Assembly (NCBI GenBank): GCA_036518635.1
Contig: DATDMT010000054.1
Coordinates: 1-61,097, forward strand
Source: Rhodocyclaceae bacterium
Lineage (GTDB): Bacteria; Pseudomonadota; Gammaproteobacteria; Burkholderiales; Rhodocyclaceae
Direction of reading: 5' to 3'
Length of the DNA stretch: 61,097 bases
Part shown: positions 57,543 to 61,097 of the stretch, piece by piece
Layout: every line of letters starts with the position of its first letter
Numbering within the stretch: the first letter of the stretch is position 1
Position numbers and translations under genes: made by a program
Notes under the pieces: model-generated
What the model was told of the DNA's origin: nothing
The model's database searches: none
The model's input: only the letters and a program-made list of their open reading frames with translations

Positions 57543-58834
57543 CCGCCAGCGACGAGGCGCCGCAAACCATCACCATCCTCTGCGTCGACGACGAGGCGAA
57601 TATCCTTTCCGCGCTGAAACGCCTGTTCCGTCCCGAGGGCTACCGCATCCTGACGGCCGGCGGCGGCCGCGAGGGCCTGGCGCTGCTGGAGGCGGAACAG
57701 GGCCAGGTGGACCTGGTGATCTCCGACATGCGCATGCCGGAAATGGACGGTGCCCGTTTCCTCGCCGAAGTCTGCAACAAGTGGCCAGAGATCACGCGCA
57801 TCCTGCTGACCGGCTATGCGGAAGTGGAAACCACCATCCGCGCCATCAACGAGGGCCAGATCTACCGCTACATCGCCAAGCCGTGGAACGACGGCGACGT
57901 GCTGCTGCTGGTGCGCGGCGCCCTCGAACGCCAGTTGCTGCTGCGCGAGAAAGTTCGCCTGGAGCGACTGACCCAGGCCCAGAACGAGGAACTGAAGGCG
58001 CTCAACGCCGGGTTGGAGGAGAAGGTGGCGCAGCGTACCGCCGAGTTGCGCCGCGCCCATGAGCGGGTCAAGCGCAGCTTCCTGACCTCGATCCAGGTGT
58101 TTTCCAATCTGATCGAATTGCGCGGCGGCCAGGTCGCCGGCCATTCCAGCCGGGTGGCCAATCTGTCGCGGCAACTGGCGAAGCGTCTCGGGCTGGCCGA
58201 CAAGGAAGTGCAGGACGTGTTCCTCGCTGCGTTGCTGCACGACATCGGCAAGATCGGCCTGCCCGATGAGCTGCTGGTCAAGCCGCCCAATCAGATGACC
58301 GGCAGCGAGCTGGGCCTTTTGCGGCGCCACCCGATCAAGGGCGAGCAGGCGCTGATGGCGCTGGAGGAACTGCAGGATGCGGCGCAACTGATCCGCTACC
58401 ACCACGAGCGCTTCGATGGCGAGGGCTACCCGGATGGCATTTCCGGGCTGTCCATCCCCTTCGGCGCGCGGATCCTCGCCCTGGTCAACGAATACGACGG
58501 CCTGGTGCAGGGCAGCCTGCTCGGGCAGCGGGTCAGCGAGGCCGACGCGCTGCAGTTCATCCAGCGCGGCCGCGGCAAGCGCTACGACCCGCAGGTGGTC
58601 GATGCCTTCATCGCCGTGCTGGGGGGCACGACCGAAACGGCGGGCGGCGAGCAGGAACTCAGCAGCGGCCAATTGCGCACCGGCATGACCCTGGCGCGCG
58701 ATGTGATCAGCCGCGAGGGCGTGGTGCTGCTGACGGCCAACTACGTGCTGACCGAACATCTGATCACCCAGTTGCGCGATTTCGAGCGCAGCGACGGCAG
58801 CAGCCTGGTGTTCCTGATCGCCCCGGGGAGCTGA
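57539..58834 (+). CDS. response regulator with HD-GYP c-di-GMP phosphodiesterase domain (RpfG-like)
   Basis: [14 protein letters not shown]...[13 protein letters not shown]...AKPW. HD-GYP motifs [23 protein letters not shown] and [17 protein letters not shown] overlap with the kinase. Confidence 0.9.
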   Translation: MTASDEAPQTITILCVDDEANILSALKRLFRPEGYRILTAGGGREGLALLEAEQGQVDLVISDMRMPEMDGARFLAEVCNKWPEITRILLTGYAEVETTIRAINEGQIYRYIAKPWNDGDVLLLVRGALERQLLLREKVRLERLTQAQNEELKALNAGLEEKVAQRTAELRRAHERVKRSFLTSIQVFSNLIELRGGQVAGHSSRVANLSRQLAKRLGLADKEVQDVFLAALLHDIGKIGLPDELLVKPPNQMTGSELGLLRRHPIKGEQALMALEELQDAAQLIRYHHERFDGEGYPDGISGLSIPFGARILALVNEYDGLVQGSLLGQRVSEADALQFIQRGRGKRYDPQVVDAFIAVLGGTTETAGGEQELSSGQLRTGMTLARDVISREGVVLLTANYVLTEHLITQLRDFERSDGSSLVFLIAPGS

Positions 58835-58881
58835 CGGCCACCGCGAGCGCTTGGCTTATACTTTGGTTTGATATGGATCAA

Positions 58882-58910
58882 GCGGGGCGGGGAAGATTTC
58901 CTCGCCCCGC
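58882..58910 (+). terminator. strong stem-loop between the HD-GYP gene and the CZB receptor gene
   Basis: GCGGGGCGGGGAA (58882-58894) pairs with TTCCTCGCCCCGC (58898-58910): about 13 bp including one G-U, with a 3-nt loop. The tail is only weakly T-rich. Confidence 0.4.
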
Positions 58911-58938
58911 GGCATTTATAAAAACGAGGAGATCAAGC

Positions 58939-60054
58939 ATGTTCGGTGCAGGCAAACGACGCATACAGGAACTGGAGTCCCGCTTGCAGCAAGCGCAGGC
59001 CCGGGCGACGGAATTGGAGCAGCAGCTCGCCAACGCCCGTGACGATGCGGCCCGGGCCAACGGCCAGTTGGGCGAGATGAACCGCAGCCTCGACAAATGC
59101 GCGCGGATTTACCAGGCGATGCAATCCTTCGCCACCTCCTTTGCCGAGGTCCAGCGTTCCCAGGTGGTGATCGCCGGGGCCGTCAAGGAGGATGCCCAGG
59201 GCGCGGCCAACGTCGCTTTGGTGGTCGGGCAGAACCGCTCGGCGATGGACACCATCGCCTCCAACATGCAACTGCTCGCCGCCGACACGCGCCAGATGGC
59301 GGAGCGCGTCGACAGCCTGTCGCAGCAGACCAACCAGATCGGCGGCATTCTCCAGTTGATCAAGGAAATTGCCGACCAGACCAATCTGCTGGCCTTGAAC
59401 GCCGCCATCGAGGCGGCCCGGGCCGGCGAACAGGGCCGTGGCTTTGCCGTGGTGGCCGACGAAGTGCGCAAGCTGGCGGAACGCACCAGCAGCGCCACCA
59501 ACGACATCTCCAGCCTGGTCTCGGCGATCCAGCAGGAGACCCACATGACCCGCGACCAGATGGACCAGTGGGCGCAGAAGTCGGATACCTTCAGCGCCGA
59601 AGGCCGCGCCGCCACCGAACAGATGGGCAGCCTCAACGACCTGGCGCGCGGCATGGAACGCCACGGCACCCTGTCGGCCCTGCGCGCCTTCACCGAGGTG
59701 GCCAAGATCGACCACCTGGTCTACAAGTTCGAGGTCTACCGGGTCTTCATGTGCCTCTCGGAAAAGGGCGTGAACGACTTCGCCGATCATCACCATTGCC
59801 GCCTCGGCAAGTGGTACTACGAGGGCGAGGGCCGCGCCTGTTTCTCGCAACTGCCCGGCTACCGGGAAATCGAGGCGCCCCACGCCCGCTTCCACGACCA
59901 CGGCATGGCGGCGGTGCGCGCCTTCAAGGACGGCAACCTGCCGGCCGGCTTCGAAGCGGTGGAGCGGATGGAGGCGGCGAGCATGGAAGTGCTGTCCTGT
60001 CTCGATCAGGTCGCCATCAACGGCAAGGACAACCTGCACCTGCTGTGCCACTAA
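58939..60054 (+). CDS. soluble methyl-accepting chemotaxis-type transducer with C-terminal chemoreceptor zinc-binding (CZB) domain
   Basis: Start at MFGAGKRR behind GAGGAG. MA hairpin [39 protein letters not shown]-terminal HLVY-x24-CRLGKW-x22-HARFH fits the CZB motif. No TM. Confidence 0.85.
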   Translation: MFGAGKRRIQELESRLQQAQARATELEQQLANARDDAARANGQLGEMNRSLDKCARIYQAMQSFATSFAEVQRSQVVIAGAVKEDAQGAANVALVVGQNRSAMDTIASNMQLLAADTRQMAERVDSLSQQTNQIGGILQLIKEIADQTNLLALNAAIEAARAGEQGRGFAVVADEVRKLAERTSSATNDISSLVSAIQQETHMTRDQMDQWAQKSDTFSAEGRAATEQMGSLNDLARGMERHGTLSALRAFTEVAKIDHLVYKFEVYRVFMCLSEKGVNDFADHHHCRLGKWYYEGEGRACFSQLPGYREIEAPHARFHDHGMAAVRAFKDGNLPAGFEAVERMEAASMEVLSCLDQVAINGKDNLHLLCH

Positions 60055-60064
60055 AGCTGCGGCG

Positions 60065-60961
60065 ATGAAACGCTGGGCGCCGCTGCTGGCGCTGGCGGCC
60101 CTGTCCCTGCTGTGGGGCTACACTTGGGTGCTGGCCAAGCTGGGCCTGAACTACGTCGGCCCGTTTACCTTCGCCCTGCAGCGCTCCGTCGGCGGCGCGG
60201 TGGCCATGCTGCTGGTCCTGGCCCTGTTGCGGCGCCCGCTGGCGCTGCGCTTCCCGGCGCGGACCTTCTGGATCGGCGCCACCCAGACCGGCGGCTTCAT
60301 GATCTTCCAGACCTGGGCGCTGGTCGAGGGCGGTCCGGGCAAGACCGCGGTGCTGATCTTCACCATGCCGATCTGGACCCTGCTGCTGGCCTGGCCCCTG
60401 CTGGGCGAGCGGGTGCGCGGCGGCCAGTGGCTGGCGGCGCTAAGTACCCTGCTGGGTTTGCTGCTGGTGATCTCGCCCTGGGACATGCATACCAGCCTGT
60501 TCAGCAAGGCGCTGGGTATCGGTGCTGCGCTGATGTGGGCGATCGGCACCATCCTGGTCAAACGCCTGCGCGGCGAGCATGAAATCGACCTGCTCAACCT
60601 GACCACCTGGCAGATGGTGTTCGGCGCCCTGGTGGTGGCAGCCGCATCCGCCTTCGTCCATGAAGCGGCGGTGCAATGGAATGCCCAGTTCATCGCCATC
60701 CTGCTGTTCATGACGCTGATCAGCACCTGCCTCTGCTGGGTGCTCTGGCTCTACATCCTCGGCCGCCTGCCGGCCTGGGAGGCCAGCCTGTCGGTGCTGG
60801 GGACGCCGGTGATCGCCATCGTCAGCTCGCGCTGGCAGACCGGCGAGAGCTTTGCGCCCCAGGAACTGGCCGGCATCCTGTTGATCGGTGCCGGCCTGGG
60901 GCTGCTGTCCCTGCTGTGTTGGCGCGCGTCGCGGCGCGCCGCGGCGCTTATTTCTTCGTAA
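60065..60961 (+). CDS. EamA/DMT-family transporter
   Basis: 298 aa, about 10 TM, two EamA-like halves (LLWGYTWVLAK..., ...ALMWAIGTILVKRL). Confidence 0.85.
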   Translation: MKRWAPLLALAALSLLWGYTWVLAKLGLNYVGPFTFALQRSVGGAVAMLLVLALLRRPLALRFPARTFWIGATQTGGFMIFQTWALVEGGPGKTAVLIFTMPIWTLLLAWPLLGERVRGGQWLAALSTLLGLLLVISPWDMHTSLFSKALGIGAALMWAIGTILVKRLRGEHEIDLLNLTTWQMVFGALVVAAASAFVHEAAVQWNAQFIAILLFMTLISTCLCWVLWLYILGRLPAWEASLSVLGTPVIAIVSSRWQTGESFAPQELAGILLIGAGLGLLSLLCWRASRRAAALISS

Positions 60962-61097
60962 GCCCGCCGAGCAGGGCGGCCACCGGGCGCAGCGGGCGGC
61001 GCGGCACCGTCTCGTCGACCGGCGTGGCGGTGGCACCGGCTTCGCTGCTGGGCGCCTCGCCCTTGGGGGTGTAGGGCTTGCTGAAGTCGAAACCGTC
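60948..61097 (-). CDS. 3' end of an unidentified gene (5' part outside window)
   Basis: The minus-strand frame is open from the window edge to TAA (60948-60950). Translation DGFDFSKPYTPKGEAPSSEAGATATPVDETVPRRPLRPVAALLGGLTKK with high GC3. It overlaps the EamA stop by 14 nt. Confidence 0.4.
   Translation of the reverse strand, partial: DGFDFSKPYTPKGEAPSSEAGATATPVDETVPRRPLRPVAALLGGLTKK

Noticed and set aside
60948-60961. A 14-nt convergent overlap between the EamA transporter 3' end and the partial minus-strand gene.
   Set aside because: Short convergent overlaps are common in compact high-GC genomes. The partial gene cannot be identified from 49 residues, so no further inference is justified.

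Overview
61.1-kb high-GC segment with very high third-position GC. It looks chromosomal, and the gene order suggests a motile betaproteobacterium; that is an inference from the flhDC-motAB-che layout, since no database search was possible. Coding density is high and the window is dominated by signal transduction. Left part (1-22.8 kb): a cNMP-binding gene fragment, a NarL-type two-component pair, a Liv-type ABC importer, a secreted GlcG/HbpS-like protein + MCP + secreted Cache protein trio, and TonB-C-domain, ankyrin, methyltransferase, YbcJ and YlqF genes. It continues with a dCache diguanylate cyclase, an RNase H-like gene, an AAA fragment, ygiQ, an HNH nuclease, a NUDIX hydrolase and an HDOD-REC-GGDEF protein. 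Centre (23.1-45.7 kb): a flagellar/chemotaxis supercluster. Its order is flhDC, motAB, mcp, cheY, cheA, cheW, two mcp, cheR, cheD, cheB, then a STAS protein plus a pseudo-receiver/PP2C/GHKL-kinase protein, a 265-nt structured repeat, cheV, cheV, cheY, cheZ, a second cheA, and tRNA-Ala. Right part: a Sel1-repeat protein, a second copy of the 265-nt repeat, a PduO-type adenosyltransferase, an orphan PP2C phosphatase, and pntAA-pntAB-pntB. It continues with a tightly coupled five-gene c-di-GMP signalling operon (PAS-GGDEF*-EAL-REC, a 62-aa ORF, HDOD, PAS kinase, REC-HD-GYP), a soluble MCP with a zinc-binding CZB domain and an EamA transporter. Three items are most worth follow-up. (1) An HsbA/HsbR-like partner-switching pair sits inside the che operon. 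(2) A 265-nt composite palindromic element occurs twice, with identical core blocks but fully compensated stem changes. (3) Several unexplained short linear motifs occur in chemotaxis proteins: five GA(F/Y)GFF repeats in CheA, a GD(I/V)ELF tail shared by CheD and one MCP, and a duplicated GDSDDLQALFD in CheZ. All calls rest on reading the translations by eye; no HMM or BLAST search was run. The many long Arg/Gly/Ala-rich ORFs antisense to recognisable genes in the ORF track are treated as high-GC shadow ORFs.
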